A stretch of 64,000 bases of DNA from Malacoraja senta (GCA_038087875.1 JAXLNO010000385.1:496001-560000), one strand, 5' to 3'; counted from the first letter of the stretch, positions 1-19,655 are shown. Made by a program: numbers and translations. Notes: generated by a model from the sequence alone, not told the origin.

Positions 1-3835
<3,835 letters not shown>

Positions 3836-3844
3836 CTCCACAAT

Positions 3845-4000
3845 TTGAGATTTGTAATAGAAAAAAATCACGTGGTTAAAGTGCACATTGTCAGGTTTTA
3901 TTAAAGGGTATTTTTATACATTTTGATTTCAACATGTAGAAATTGCAACTGTGTTTATGCATAGTCCGTCCATTTCAGGGCACCATAATGTTTGCGACAC
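3845..4000. mobile_element. Probable Tc1/mariner terminal-region fragment
   Basis: AT-rich stretch ending CATTTCAGGGCACCATAATGTTTGCGACAC, recalled as resembling fish Tc1 subterminal repeats; no transposase ORF visible. Confidence 0.35.
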
Positions 4001-4029
4001 ACGGCGTTTGGAGTTAGACGCAGCATATA

Positions 4030-7000
4030 ACTGGAAAAGATTCAGAAGTGATGTTTTGTTTAACCCCTTGGTACCTGCTTGTACGTGTAAGAATTCTGGG
4101 TGGATATATATGGTAAAGTTTAGACTATATTAAGGTTAGATAAATTGGAAAGGCATATATACTTACAAAACTGAGCTTATGTTGTGTTTTATATTTGTTT
4201 CGTTTTTTTGTTTTTTATGCCTCTCCCTGATTTTTTTCTTCGGTTTTCACTGGTGCTGGTTTGATAAACTTATATAAGCAAAGATAAGATATGAAACGGT
4301 CTGTAGCTTTTTATGAGGATTTACTAAGGAGTTGGAGCTCTATGTATAACATCAACGGAAGTCTATACATTTTTGGCCACCTTAGGTGGCCATTCGGCTT
4401 TAAGATATATTTTCTTAGATACCTTAAGAACACTTTTTTTTTAATCACTATAAAGACTTTTATTCGCTTACCTTTTTTGTAATCAATTCTATATCACATC
4501 TTTCTTTTCTTTTTCTAAGGCACTACACAAGAAGGAGATGCAATATAAATCTAAAAACTTGGGATGACCACGGAACGCCCAGAACTCTGAGGTATTTGGT
4601 TGCACCATATGATTCAGGAATACTATTTTGATATATAATGCAAGACGATAGACAAATAAAGAATGGAAGAATTACATTCTGTAGTTGGAATATAAGGGGT
4701 GCCAATGAACCAATTAAGAGGGGTAAACTTTTTGCTCAACTAAAATCTATGAACAGCGACATAATGTTTTTACAGGAAACTCACACGAAACAACAAACAC
4801 AAATGAGATTAAAGCCGAAGTGGATAGGTTTAAACATACTATTCGTCATTTACTTCTATATCTAGAGGTACGGCTATTCTTATTCGAAAAGGTATACCTT
4901 TTAAATTAAAGAATACTATATCAGATAAAGAGGGAAGGTATATTATAGTTTCGGGAGAAATTTAAGCAACCCCACTAACTATGATAAATATTTACGCTCC
5001 GAATTTTGACAACCCCAATTTTTAAAATAAAATTATAGATGTAATATCAGAGTTTAATTACCAGAATGTGATAATAGAGGGGGAATTCAATTGTGTTTTA
5101 GATTCATATCTAGACAAATCAGTAAAACAAAAGAGGAGTAATTTAAAATCTAAGACTAGTGAACTTCTAAATACATATATAAAAAATACTAATATAACAG
5201 ATGTATGGAGATTTGCTAATCCAGTTGGAAGGGAATACTCGTTTTACTCTCCGGTACATAAAACTTATTCAAGAATTGATTATTTTTTAGTGGATATGAA
5301 ATTAATGCCATATACAATTAATCCAACATACCACATTAGTAGTATTTCTGATCACTCTCCATTGATATTTCCAGTAAAATTCGAGGGAATGCCGGGTAAC
5401 AAAATATTTTGGAGGTTTAATACACATATTTTAAATGACATACAAGGTTATCAATATTTAAAACAACAAATGAAACTTTTTTTTGATACAAATGATATAC
5501 CAGGTACTTCGCCTTCTTTATTATGGGAAACTTTTAAGGCATTTATCAGAGGAATTATAATTTCATATCAAATTATTCAAAATAAAAAGAATAAGACAGA
5601 ACAAATGTTGTTAGAACAAGACAGTTAGAGTTAGATAATGCTAAAGACTCCACTATAGATAAACATAATAAGATAATATTACTGAAATTTAAACGTAATC
5701 GAATTTTATCGGCAAGAGTAATAAGATTATTCCAAATTACAAAACAGGAACATTTTGAGTTTGGTGACAAACCACATAAGCTTCTAGCTCGTCAATTGAA
5801 AAACAAGAAAAAGAAAATATTATAACTAAAATTAAATCAGAGAAAGGTGAATTACTAATACCACCTAAACATATTAATAAAATATTTGCTCAATTTTATC
5901 AAAATTTATGTATATCTAAAACTAAAATAGAAGATAGTAAAATTTTAAAAAATTTAGACAACTGTAAATCTTCAAAAACTTGACCTTTTGGAACAAGAGG
6001 AACTTGGAGCTCAAATTACAATCGAAGAAATAGGTGAAACAATAAAATCGTTGAAAAATGGTAAGACACCGGGACCAGATGTTTTTTGGTAATGAATTTT
6101 ATAAAAAATGTCATGAGATAACGACTCCTTATTTATTTAATTTATATACTCACGCTTTTAAAGAAAATAAACTTCCTGAAACATTAGCAGAATCAACTAT
6201 TACGCTTTTTCAAAAAAAAGATAACGATTTAGAGGATCCGGGCTCATATAGAGCTATATCACTTTTAAATACAGACCAGAAAATTTTAGCAAAGACATTA
6301 GCAAGAAGATTAAGCAAATATATTAGTAAATTGATTAACCCTGATCAAACGGGGTTTATACCCAAAAGATATTCATTTAATAATTTGAGACGCCTGTTTA
6401 ATATAATGTACTCACATGAAGTGGAGGAAGAAGATATATCAATTATTTCTCTGGACGCAGAGAAAGCATTTGATCAGGTAGAGTGGCAGTACTTATACAA
6501 AGTATTGCAAAAAATTAATATGGGAGAGAATTTTATTACATGTGTAAAATTATTATATGATAAACCGATGACAAGAATAATGACTAATCATATGTTATCT
6601 CAAAAAATGCAATTATCAAGGGGTAATTGGCAGGGATGTGCGTTATCACCCCTGCTATTTGCCCTTATGATAGAACCTTTGGCTGAAGGTATAAGAATTC
6701 ATCCGAATATTCAGGGCTATAATACTAGGGACTCAAATAATAAAATTTCATTATATGTAGATGATATAGTTTTATATATTACAAAATCACAAACGAGCAT
6801 ACCAAATGTATTAAACTTAATAGAGGAATTTGGGTCATTTTCTGGATATAGAATAAATTGGAATAAAAGTGAAATTATGACGTTAAAACCTCAAGAATCT
6901 ACACACTTACTGAAGTTCCCCTTTAAAATAGCAACAGAAAAATTTAAATATTTGGGTATTCAGAATACTAGAAAACATAAAAGCATTATTCAATGCTAAT

Positions 7001-10000
7001 TTTATACCTTTATTAAACAAACTTAATATTCTGATTAAATTTTGGAAAACACTTCCTTTATCATTAATAGGTAGAATCAATGCTATAAAAATGACCTTTC
7101 TACCACAATTATTATACCTATTTCAGTCTATACCAGGATATATACCAAAATATGTTTTTAATTAATTAGACTCTAAACGTACTAATTTGATTTGGGATTA
7201 TATATCACATAGAATTAAAAAAAACACTTATGTAAACCAAAAGATGTCGGGGACTTTCACTTCCGAACTTTTTGTATTATTATTGGGCAGTGCATATTAA
7301 GAATATAATTTATTGGTTGGACAGTTCTACTCAACAGACAGAATGGATAAAAATGGAGAAAGAGGATTTTTTCCTTTGAAATATAGGAACGATCCTCTTC
7401 TCCCCGAAAAAACGGAACAATACAATATATAAGAAGAACCCAATTATACATGATACAATAAGAATATGGAAACAAATAAAACTATCCTTATAATTAAGAA
7501 ATGTATCATTGTTAATGCCAATAGCGAATAATCCTTTATTTAAACCATCTCTTATTGACAAAACATATAATCTATGGGAAAGTTTAGGAATTAAAAGGAT
7601 CGGGGATATGTATGAAATGGGAAATCTGTAATCATTCCAACAATTACAATTAAAATGTAAACTGAAAAATAACCAATATTTTTTAATTTAACCTTTATTT
7701 AACCAGGAGAAGTCTCATTGAGGTTAAAAATCTATTTTACAAGAGAGTCCTGGCCAAGACAGGCAGCAGCACAGTTCCACAGTTACAGACAATAATTTAA
7801 AAACAACAGAGAACATATAAATAGAGTCACAGTCAGAATATCATCAAACAAAGCATGTACAGACAGAAGAGCCTGCTTCAACATCATTAAGAAGGGATTT
7901 AAATCTGTTTATAGAAACCAGCTCCTTAAGTTTCAGTTCATTCTGCAGCTGGTTCCATGCAAAGGGAAGCAGCATAACTAAATGCCCTTTTCCCCAGTTC
8001 AGCACGGACTTTAGGTACAGTTAGCAAGAACAAGTCCTCAGAGCGGAGCTGATAAGTTCCTGTGCTTTTTCGAATTATATACTTCTGCAGGTATGAAGGA
8101 AGAACACCGAGGATAGTCTTATAAATAAGAATATGCCAATGATGGAGTCTGCGGGTGGACAGGGCAAACCATCCAACTTGGGCATACAAAGAGCAGTGGT
8201 GCGTGAGGGTTTTAATATTAGTAACAAATCTCAGTGCTCCGTGGTAGATCGTGTCCAAAGACTGTACGCATTTTGAAGATGCATTCATATATAAAACATC
8301 ACCATAGTCCAACACAGACATAAACGTTGCAGCAACGAGTCTTTTTTTGGCTTCAAAAGAAAAACAAGACTTGTTTCTAAAGTAAAAACCTAATTTTATC
8401 TTTAGTTTTTTCACAAGTTGCTGGATATGAGGTTTAAAAGAGAGAGAATCGTCAATTATAATTCCCAGATATTTATATTGAGACACAGATTCAACCACAG
8501 TGCCCTGCAAAGTGGTGATAGGAGGGAGGTCCGAGGGCTTTGATTTAGCTTTAGTGAATAGCATGAGCTTTGTCTTGCCAAAATTTAAAACAAGTTTTAA
8601 ATCACACAGGTTACGTTGTACAGTCAAAAGCAGTTTGGAGCTGACAGAGAGCCTGATTTGGGGTAGACGCAGAGCAATATATCACTGTGTCGTCAGCATA
8701 AAAGTGAAAATTTGCGTTCGGAGCTTTATGATCTAGACTATTAATATAAATAGTAAATAATAAAGGGCCTAGAACCGATCCCTGTGGCACACCCTTGGAT
8801 ACATTAAGAGAGCTAGAAGTAATACCTTCTGCTCGCACACACTGGGATCTGCCTGATAGATAGTTTTAAACCAACAGACAGCTTGATCAGACAAACCGAA
8901 GCTGCATAGTCTTTGTAACAATAAGGCATGATCCACAGTATAGAAAACCTTTGATAGGTCAACGAAAAGGGCTGCACAGTGTTGCTTATTGTCTAAAAAT
9001 TCAATAAAATCATTTACTACTTTTAAAGCAGCTGTAGATCTGCGACTTCATGAAGAAATACATACAAAGATATCAAAACATAACTTTAGACCCACTGGAA
9101 GAAGCAATGAATATTAAGGCTGACACAGAAATTAATATCATATTTATATAATAGTATTTTAAATATAGAACTACCATCGACAGAGGCACTTCTAGAAGAG
9201 TGGGAACGAGAATTAATGATAAAAATTACGCAGGAAACATGGGAAAAGTATTTGATATATATTCACAAATGTTCGATTAATGTAAGACATAATTTAATTC
9301 AATTTAAAATTTTACATAGATTATATTATTCAAAAACTAGGTTGAATAAATTTTATCTAAATACCTCCCCCATTTGTGATAAATGTCTATCCCAAAATGC
9401 AAATATAACACACTCTTTTGTTTCCTGCATTAAACTTTATAAATTCTGGAGTGATATTTTTTAAATATTTCCAAAATTATTCAAGATAAAAATGGAACCT
9501 AATACTGAAATGGTTATATTTGGAGTAATGGAAGATGGGAACAAATTGAACTCATCTCAAAATTTATTTTTTAATTACGGGTTAATAACGGCAAAAAAAC
9601 TTATACTTAAATTTTGGAAAAATACACCCATACCAACGCTTAAAATGTGGATTTCAAACATGTTGGACACCGCACATCTTGAGGAAATGCGATTCCTCCT
9701 AATAGATAAATCAGACCAATTCTTAACGAGTTGGTCTCCATTTGTCGATTTTGTGGAAGCATATGGTGCAACAAAATCGAGAAGCTAATTGTTTCAGGAC
9801 TAGGTGAGGGATGGTCAAGAATATAGATAACGATCTCCTTAATTTCTTACTTTCTACTCTTTCTCTTTCTATCTTCTTTTCTTCATTTTGCTTCTTTCAC
9901 CCTTTTTTCCTTTTCACACACTATTTATCACACGTTTTTCTATCTTTTATTTATTCTCTCTTTTTCTTTTGCATTATTTAAAAAATATATATGAAGCTGT

Positions 10001-10097
10001 ACATAAAATGTAACGTGTAAATATATATTAGGCACCTTGGTGCCATAGTCCTGTACTTACTTCTAATAAAATAATTTAAAAAAATTAAAAAATAAAA
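4030..10097 (+). mobile_element. Decayed L1-clade LINE (ORF2 EN-RT-CCHC with frameshifts, 3' UTR, A-rich tail)
   Basis: APE motifs SWNIRG, FLQETH (4638-), SRIDY and SDH (5068-5628); RT motifs LDAEKAFD, QGCALSP and YVDD (6058-6999); CDKC knuckle (9216-); stop at 9788, T-rich UTR and AATAAA/A tail ~10066-10097. Same family as the copy at 45034-48394. 5' boundary approximate. Confidence 0.93.
7682..9035 (-). mobile_element. 5'-truncated L2/CR1-group LINE inserted antisense in the L1
   Basis: Minus-strand [37 protein letters not shown]; its 3' tail abuts L1 sequence at ~7681 and L1 homology resumes at ~9036. Confidence 0.9.
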
Positions 10098-10100
10098 GAT

Positions 10101-10560
10101 TAGGACATTTTTCCTGTGGAATCCACAAGCGCCTTATCTGGATATTTCATGCATTATTTCTCGAGTTGGCACAGATAATGTTCAAAAATATGACAACAAC
10201 TTTGAATTTAAAAACGACTGCCTTTCGCTGATGACGTCGCAATGGGTCTGCTCCGCGCCGTTCTTCGACACGCTGCGAGTGACGTCACCCACACCCCCCC
10301 CCCCCCCGACCTCGACCTCCCGGTTATTCAAAAGACGCAGAAAGAACGAGCAAGTCGGGCCGTGTACTGGAGCTGCAGAGCCGCCGAGCTGCCGAGCTGC
10401 CGAGCTGCCGAGCTGCCTCTGCCATCTCTGTGCCTCTGCCCTATCTCTCTCTGTGCGTCTGCTCTCTCACTCTGCGCCTCTGCCCTATCTCTCTCTGTGC
10501 GTCTGCCCCTCTCTCTCTGCGCCTCTGCCCTCTCTCTCTCTGTGCCTCTGCCCTATCCCC

Positions 10561-10591
<31 letters not shown>

Positions 10592-10623
10592 TCTGTGCCT
10601 CTGCCCTATCTCTCTAAGCCTCT

Positions 10624-10714
<91 letters not shown>

Positions 10715-12070
10715 CTCTGTCCTATCTCGCTCGGTGCCTCTGCCCTCTAACTCTGTGCATCTGCCCTATCTCTATAAGCCTCTGCTCTCTCTTTCTCTGT
10801 GCCTCTGCCCTCTCTCCACTTGTTCTCCACCTGGGGCGCCGTCGAGTATGGCTGCCCTGCCAGCAGCTGTTAGTTTTTTCACCCTTTTTTATTTTTAGTT
10901 AGTTGAAAGTGTTTGTTTCTTTTAGTCTTTTTATGTGGGGGTGGGGGGGGGAGGGGGAAACTATTCTTCTCAGTACCTACCTGGTCGGAGATGCGTTTTT
11001 TCTCCGAGCCGTATCTTCGCCCCTTCCTCGCGGCCTACGGGCAGATTGGAGCGGCGTTTTCCTGCCGCGACCGGCCAGGACTTCAGCTTCGGCGGCGGCA
11101 CAGCGCTGAAGCACCATCGCGGAGCGGGCGATGCCTTACCCGGGTCGTCGTGCAGTAAGCTCCGGAGGGCTGTGACCGCCGGCTCCAGCATCGCGGAGCT
11201 GCGGTCTGCGGTCTGCGGTCTGCGGTCTGCGGTCTGCGGAGCTTCCAGCCGCGGGCGGCGCTGAACCTTAAACACCACGGAGCCTGGGATCTCACGACGA
11301 GGTCCGCCAGAGACGGAGCATCGACCAGCACGGCTCGTGGACTTCGGGAGCCGTGCTCTCTTGGGAGGTAGCGGCCGCTCCAGACACTCCGGGCCGCTGA
11401 GAGTGTTCACCCGACGCCGGAGCTTCATCATCCGGCGAGAGGGCCTGAGGCATCGGGCTGCCGTATCGGCGACTGCAGAGGCCTCAATAGGCCCCGACTA
11501 TGGGTGAACTGGGGATGGGACTGGACTTTGCTGCCTTCCCCCACAGTGGGAACCATTGTGGGGGGGGTGTTTTTATGTTATTGTTAAATTCTTTAATGTT
11601 ATCTTTATTTGTGTGCTGCATGGCAAGTCAAATTTCACTACACCCATTGGTGTATGTGACAATAAATGTTTATCTATCTATCTATCTCTCTTTGTCTGCC
11701 CTCCCTCGCTCCCTCTCTGTGATTCTGCCCTCCCTGTGCCTCTGCCCTCTATGTGCCTGCCCTCTCTCTGCCTCTGCCCTCTCTCTGCCTCTGCCCTTTC
11801 TCTCTCTCTACCCCCTCCCTCTCTATCCGCGCCTGCGAGTTGGGGCAATGCGTGAGTGGATAGGGCGTGGGATGGGGTTAAATGAGCGAATGAATAATAT
11901 TAATACAATATCAAGGGGTGGTTAGTGTGTGTGTGGGGGGGGTGGTTAGTGTGTTTGTGTGGGGTGGTTGGTGTGTGTGGGGGGCGGTTAGTGTGTGCGT
12001 GATGCAGCCGGCCGCCCCCGCCCCTCCACGCGTTGAGGGGACGAGACTCAACGGGTCCCACTTGGTCTAG
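10101..12070 (+). mobile_element. Helitron-like non-autonomous element with (CT)n interior and 3' hairpin-CTAG end
   Basis: 10101-10330 is homologous to 12346-12550; ends GGGAC...GTCCCACTTGGTCTAG|T (CTAG 12067-12070). Confidence 0.65.
10830..11690 (+). mobile_element. Unclassified GC-rich retroposon-like insertion
   Basis: Interrupts the CT-rich Helitron interior; ends TGGTGTATGTGACAATAAA plus a short (TCTA) tail, a LINE/SINE-type 3' end. Confidence 0.45.
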
Positions 12071-13090
<1,020 letters not shown>

Positions 13091-13328
13091 TGAAAGCTTA
13101 AAACGTGAATAACTCTTAAAATTATAACAACCATTTAAATGTTAAAGATGAGATTTATCCAGTTCAGGTCTTTCTTGTTGTATCACTTGGTGGCTTCTGC
13201 TGCTCACGGCGACTCGATATCGCTTTGCTGTTGATGGAGATAAAGACACACAATTTTAATATAGAGACATTAATAAGTGGTTAAACGTTTACGTGGAAAA
13301 TCTGAGAATTTACCTCAGAAGTCATCGT

Positions 13329-14098
13329 TCAACCAAGGACGCGTTTAATGACAACACTCTTGCTCGATGTTCCATCATTCAGAAAAAAGTTGACATTTTT
13401 CTTAACCTTTCCTCGGTTAAGAGCCACATATAGTTGTCCATGCTGAAATACCAGTTTATCAAGGGATATCAACACTTTCTCCATGGTTTCGCCTTGTGCT
13501 GTATGGATCGTCATAGCAAAAGTTGACTGCAGCGGGAATGTCTTCGCCTGTCAAATTGAGCGTTATCCTAGGAATGAGAGCAATGTCATCTTTGAAGGCT
13601 CCCATGTTAATTCTTGCAACGATCAGATTATTGTGCAGCCCTTCCACAATCGTACCATTGCTTAGCTTTGGAGGTTCCAAGTTTCTCATTAACATGATCG
13701 GAGATCCTTTATTCAACTCCAATTTGTGTGCTGGTAATGCATGGATGTCGAGTGAATCAAGGAAAGCTGTTGGGGAGTATTAGTTCCCTCAGTGACACCA
13801 TTGAAAGAAAAATACTCCTTAATAATTCCAGGGAAGCATCTGATACATGGAGAATTGATGCTTCTCATCGTATTGTTGTGCGGAACCAAGATACAATTGT
13901 CGGAGAATAATTCTGCAGGATTGTCAAATGCGGGATAGATGAAATCAATACAATGTTTTTGCTGATAGAACCATGTCGTCTGGCATTACAATTTCATCGT
14001 CTTCATTCTTTAAAATCTCGTCTTCTCCAACTTTCAACAAAAATGAGAAAAGTCGCCTTCTCCCTCTCTCAATTGCATTTTCGGCTGCAATTGAAACT
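13329..14098 (-). pseudogene. Helitron RepHel Pif1-like helicase C-terminal remnant
   Basis: Frameshifted translation: FLLKVGE..., LPAHKLELNKGSPIMLMRNLEPPKLSNGT, IPRITL, MTIHTAQGET, VFQHGQLYVALNR; these match Pif1/Helitron motifs (MTINKSQGQT, FSHGQLYVA). Confidence 0.9.
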
Positions 14099-15289
14099 AG
14101 GTAGCGCTGCCGTGACCTACCGCTGCCGTGGCCAACCGCTACCGCTGCCGTGGCCTTCCGCTGCCTGCCGCTGCCGTGACCTACAGCTGCCGTGATCTAC
14201 AGCTGCCGTGGCCTTCCGCTGCCGCACCCCACCGGCTACAGAATGGGGCCTGTAGGGTGCATCCTGCAGCTGGGGACACGGACGGCTTCAGGCGGGGGCC
14301 GGTGGGGGCGGAGGGGGGAAAGTGTCCTGCAGCTGGGGACGGGGACGGCTTCAGGCGGGGGCTGTTGGGAGCGTCCTGTAGCTGGAGGAAGGGAACAGCT
14401 TCCGTTGGGGGGCAACGGGAGCGTCTTGTAACAGGGGACGAGGACGGCTTCAGGCAGAAGCCGGCTGGGGGGAGGGGTTGAGCGTCCTGTAGATGGCAGA
14501 CGAGGACGCCTTCAGTCGGGGCAGGCAGGGGCCGCTGGCGGGGCGGGGAGGGGGCTGGGTTGGCGAGCGACCTGCAGCTGGGGCAGCGGCATCCTGCAAC
14601 CAGGGAATAGGGACGGCTGCAGGAGGTGGCTGACGAGGGGGGGGGGGGCGAGCGACCTGCAGCTGGGGCAGCGGCATCCTGCAGCCGGGCCAGAGGGATG
14701 CCTTCAGGCTTGGGCTGCTGGGGGGAGCGTCCTACAGCCGGGGGAGGGGCACGGCTTCAGGCCATGGATGTATGGGGCAGTTGGGGGGGGGGGGGCTTCA
14801 GGCGGGTGCTGTCTGGGGCAGTTGGGGAGGGGGGTGTAGGACTTCAGGCGGGGTGTGTCGGAGCCGGTGGTGGAGGGTGCATCCTACAGCCGTGGGTGGG
14901 GAACGGCTTCAGGCGGGGGCTGTAAGTTTGATGGCGGAGCGAGCTATAGCCTGGGGATAGGGAGCGCTGCCGTGTCCTAAGGCTGCCTGCCACTGGGATG
15001 GCCTACTGCTGCCGCTCCCCACCGGCTTCAAGAGGGGCCTGGGGGGGGGTGGCCTGCAGCTGGGGACGGGGACGGCTTCAGGTGAATGCCGGCGGGGGGA
15101 GATGGGGATTGGGGAGCGTCCTGATGGACTTTTCTCCGGCTAGTCCTGCAGATGGGGACAGGGAGGGCGACGGCTTCAGGTGGGGGCCGGTGGTATCGTT
15201 CTGTAGCCGTGGAAGGGGGACGGCCCCAGGCAGCGGCCGGTGGGGGCGGGAGCGGCGCTGCCGTGGCCTACGTTTGGGGGTGTGTGCGA

Positions 15290-15520
15290 GGAGCGAATGA
15301 ATAATATTAAAATAATATCAAGGGGGTAGTTAATGTGTGTGTTTATGTGTGTGGGGGTGGTTAATGTGTGTGTATGTGTGTGTGTGTGGGGGGGGGGGGT
15401 TGGTGTGTGTGTGTGTGTGTGGGGGGGGGAGTTGGATAGTGTGTGTGTGACGCAGCAGGCCGCCCCCAGCCGCAACCGGGCGTTGAGAGGACAGGACCCA
15501 ACGGGTCCCACTTGCTCTAG
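15290..15520 (+). mobile_element. Helitron 3' terminus (second copy of ~12940-13090)
   Basis: GGACCC-AAC-GGGTCC hairpin and CTAG|T at 15517-15520, 2430 bp from the first copy, with the same downstream sequence. Confidence 0.75.
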
Positions 15521-15759
15521 TGAAAGCTTAAAACGTGAATAACTCTTAAAATTATAACAACTATTTAAATGTTAAAGATGAGATTTATTCAGTTCAGGTC
15601 TTTCTTGTTGTATCTCTTGGTGGCTTCTGCTGTTCACTGCGACTCGATATCGCTTTGCTGTTGATGGAAATAAAGACACACAATTTTAATATAGAGACAT
15701 TAATAAGTGGTTAAATGTTTACGTGGAAAATCTGAGAATTTACCTCAGAAGTCATCGTT

Positions 15760-16517
15760 CAACCAAGGACACGTTTGATAACATTCTTGCTCGATGTTCC
15801 ATCATTCAGGAAAACGTTGACATTTTTCCCCACCTTGGATAAGAGCCACATAAAGTTGTCCATGCTGAAATACCGGTTTATCAAGGTATATCTACACTTT
15901 CTCCATGGTTTGGCCTTGTGCTCTATGGATCGTCATAGCAAAACTTGACTGCAGCGGGAATGTCTTCGCCTTCTGTCAAATTGAACGTTATCCTAGGAAT
16001 GAGAACAAGGTCATCATTGAAGGCTCCCATGTTGATTCTTGCAACGATCAGATTATTGTGTAGCTCTTCCACAATCATCCTCATTCCATTGCATAGCTTT
16101 AGGGGTTCCAGGTTTCTCATTAACGTGATCGGAGATCCTTTATTCAACTCCAATTAGTGGTGATAATCCATAGATGTGGAGTGAATCAATTGGGAAGCAT
16201 TAGTTCCCTCTGACACCATTGATAGAAAAGTACTCCTTAATAATTCCAGGGAAGCATCTGATACATGGAGAATTGATGCTTCTCATCGTAACGTTCTGCG
16301 GAACCAAGATACAATTGTCGGAGCATAATTCTATAGGATTGTCAAATGCGGGATAGATGAAATCAATACAATGTTTTTGCTGATAGAACCATGTCTTCTG
16401 GCATTACAATTTCATCGTCTTCACTCTTTAAAATCTCGTCTTCTCCAACTTTCAACACAAATGAGAATAGTCGCCTTCTCCCTCTCTCAATCGCATATTC
16501 GGCTGCAATTGAAACTA
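15760..16517 (-). pseudogene. Second Helitron helicase remnant
   Basis: ELNKGSPITLMRNLEPLKLCNGMRMIV...IPRITF; paralogous to 13329-14098. Confidence 0.9.
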
Positions 16518-18095
16518 GGTAGCGCTGCCGTGACCTACCGCTGCCGTGGCCAACCGCTACCGCTGCCGTGGCCTTCCGCTACCTGCCGCTGCCGTGGCCT
16601 ACAGCTGCCGCTACCTGCCACTGCCATATGCTTCCGCTGCCGCTCCGCACCGGCTACAGGAGGGGGCCTGTAGGGTGCATCCTGCAGCTGGGGACACGGA
16701 CGGCTTCAGGCGGGGGCCAGTGGGGGTGGAGGGGGGAAAGTGTCCTGCAGCTGGGGGAGGGGGACAGCTTCAGGTGGGAGCCTTCAAGGGCCAGGGTGAG
16801 CTTCCTACAGCCGGCGAGGGGAGCAGCTTCAGGCGGAGGCTGTCGGGGCCGATGGTGGTGGTGGGGCGTGCGACCCGCAGCCGGGGGAGGAGGGCGGGAT
16901 GGGTCGCCTGTATCAGGGGGTGGGGGACGGCTTCAGGAGGGGGCTGTCGGGGGCGGGGTGGAGCGTCCTACAGCCGTGGGTGGGGAACGGCTTCAGGCAA
17001 GCGCTGGCAGTTGAGGGGGGGGCACGACCGATACCCGGGGAGGGGGACGGTTTCAGGCAGGGCTGTCGATGTACAGTGGGGGGAGCGTCCTGTAGCCGGG
17101 GGAGGGGAATGGCTTCTGGCGGGGGCCAGAGTGGGGGGGGGGGGTTCTGGAGGGCTGGTATAGGTGTTGTGGATCGAAGGCACTGGTTTCCGGAGGCCTA
17201 GTACACGCATTGTGGGCCGAATGGACTTTTCTTGGGCAGGTCCTGCAGCTGGGGACGGGGAGGGTGACGGCTTCAGGTGGGGGTCGTAGGAGGCGGCGCT
17301 GCCGTAGCCTACGTTTGGGGAGGGGGGTGTGCGAGGGGAGGGAATGTGTGGGTGTGTGTGAAGCGGTGATGTGCCCCGGCCAGCGCCCGGCCCCCGCCAG
17401 CGCCAGGCTCCCTCAATCCCCCCCACACTCACTCCTTACTTCCGCAGGATCTCGAGGTTGCAGCAGTCGGCCAGGCTCCGCACCGCTCCCCACTCCGGGC
17501 CGCCTCCGGAATTCCCAGACTCGGGGCGGCTCCTAGGCTTCCCGGCGGCTGCGGGGCTCACCGGCTTCGGGACGGCTCCGGCCTCACCGACTTCGGGACG
17601 GCTTCGGGACGGCTTTGGGGCGGCTTCGGGGCTCACCGGCTTCGGGACGGCTCCGGCCTCACCGACTTCGGGACGACTTCGGGACGTGTTCGGGACGTCT
17701 TCGGGGCTCACTGACTTCGGGGCGGATTCGGGGCGGGGCAGGACGGTGGAAGGACGCATTCGGGACGGATTCGGGACGGCCGCGGGGCTCACGGCGGCCC
17801 ACGGACTCAGCCCGGCCTCCGTTGCTTTATTCTCCTCGCCCCGGTGATTGACAGCGGGTGCCGCAAGGGGCTTGGTCGACAGACAGGAGAGAAGACCAAT
17901 CTGATGATCTTACGATTTTTAAACCTTCGTAACTTGTGCAATATTCCACCGGTCGGAAGAAACATTACTGCGCTTGTAGCACAGGGGTACGGCGAGCGAG
18001 GCGGGGAGGGGTGGAATCGTAGCCCTATCGGGGACCGTCTTTGCGCAAATATAAATACAGCGCAATCCGGAAGAGGACAAGATGAGTTTTAGTTA
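16518..18095 (-). mobile_element. Helitron 5' region with GC-rich subrepeats
   Basis: Reverse complement of the head at 2542 and 59800; CTTCGGGACGG subrepeats ~17520-17800; runs into the helicase remnant in the same orientation. Confidence 0.65.
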
Positions 18096-18104
18096 AGTAT
18101 CGAA

Positions 18105-18640
<536 letters not shown>

Positions 18641-18642
<2 letters not shown>

Positions 18643-19655
18643 CATTGAGTATAGAAGTTGGGATGTAATGTTAAAATTGTACAAGGGATTGGTGAGGCCA
18701 ATTCTGGAGTTTGGTGTACAATTTCGGTCGCCTAATTATAGGAAAGATGACAACAAAATAGAGAGAGTACAGAGGAGATTTACCAGAATGCTGCCTGGGT
18801 TTCAGCACCTAAGTTGCAGAGAAAGGTTGAACAAGTTAGGTCTTTATACTTGGGAGCGCAGAGGTTTAAGGGGGGACTTGATAGACGTCTTTGAAATTAT
18901 GAGAGGGATAGACAGAGTTGACGTGGATAAGCTTTTTTCCATTGAGAGAAGGGAAGATTCAAACAAGATGACCTGATTTGAGAATTAAGGGACAGAAGTT
19001 TAGGGGTAACATGAGGGGGGACTTCTTTACTCAGAGAGTGGTAGCTGTGTGGAATGAGCTTCCAGTGGAAGTGGTGGAGGCAGGTTCGATTTTATCATGT
19101 AAAAATAAATTGGATAGGTATATAGACGGGAAAGGAATGGAGGGTTATGGTCTGCGTGCAGATAGATGGGACTAGGTGTGAGTAAGTGTTCGGCACGGAC
19201 TAGAAGGGGCGAGATGGCCTGTTTCCGTGCTGTATTGATATATGGTTATATGGTTATATGGTTATAGAAACATATAAAATTATAAAAGGACTGGACAAGC
19301 TGGATGCAGGAAAAAATGTTCCCAATGTTGGGCGAGTCCAGAACCAGGGGCCACAGTCTTAGAATAAAGGGGAGGTCATTTAAGACAGAGTTGGGAAAAA
19401 ACTTTCTCACCCATGGAGTTGTCAATTTGTGGAATTCTCTGCCACAGAGGGCAGTGGAGGCCAAATCACTGGATGGATTTAAAAGATAGTTAAATAGAGC
19501 TCTAGGGGCTAGTGGAATCAAGGGATATGGGGAGAAGGCAGGCACGGGTTAGTGATTGGGGACGATCAGCCATGATCACAATGAATGGCGGTGCTGGCTC
19601 GAAGGGCCGGATGACATCCTCCTGCACCTATTGCCCATGTCTCTATGCTTCTATG
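18641..19655 (+). mobile_element. Two adjacent CR1 (HER1-like) 3' fragments
   Basis: LVRPILEFGVQF, ERVQRR, RGDLI and FFTQRVV..WN.LP motifs; tails (ATATGGTT)n at ~19240-19265 and CTATG.TTCTATG at ~19643-19655. Confidence 0.9.

Noticed and set aside
13953..17850. Numerous Gly/Arg/Ala-rich short ORFs (also 2688-3904, 60047-61892)
   Set aside because: Products of GC-rich subrepeats or antisense to helicase remnants; no recognisable domains.
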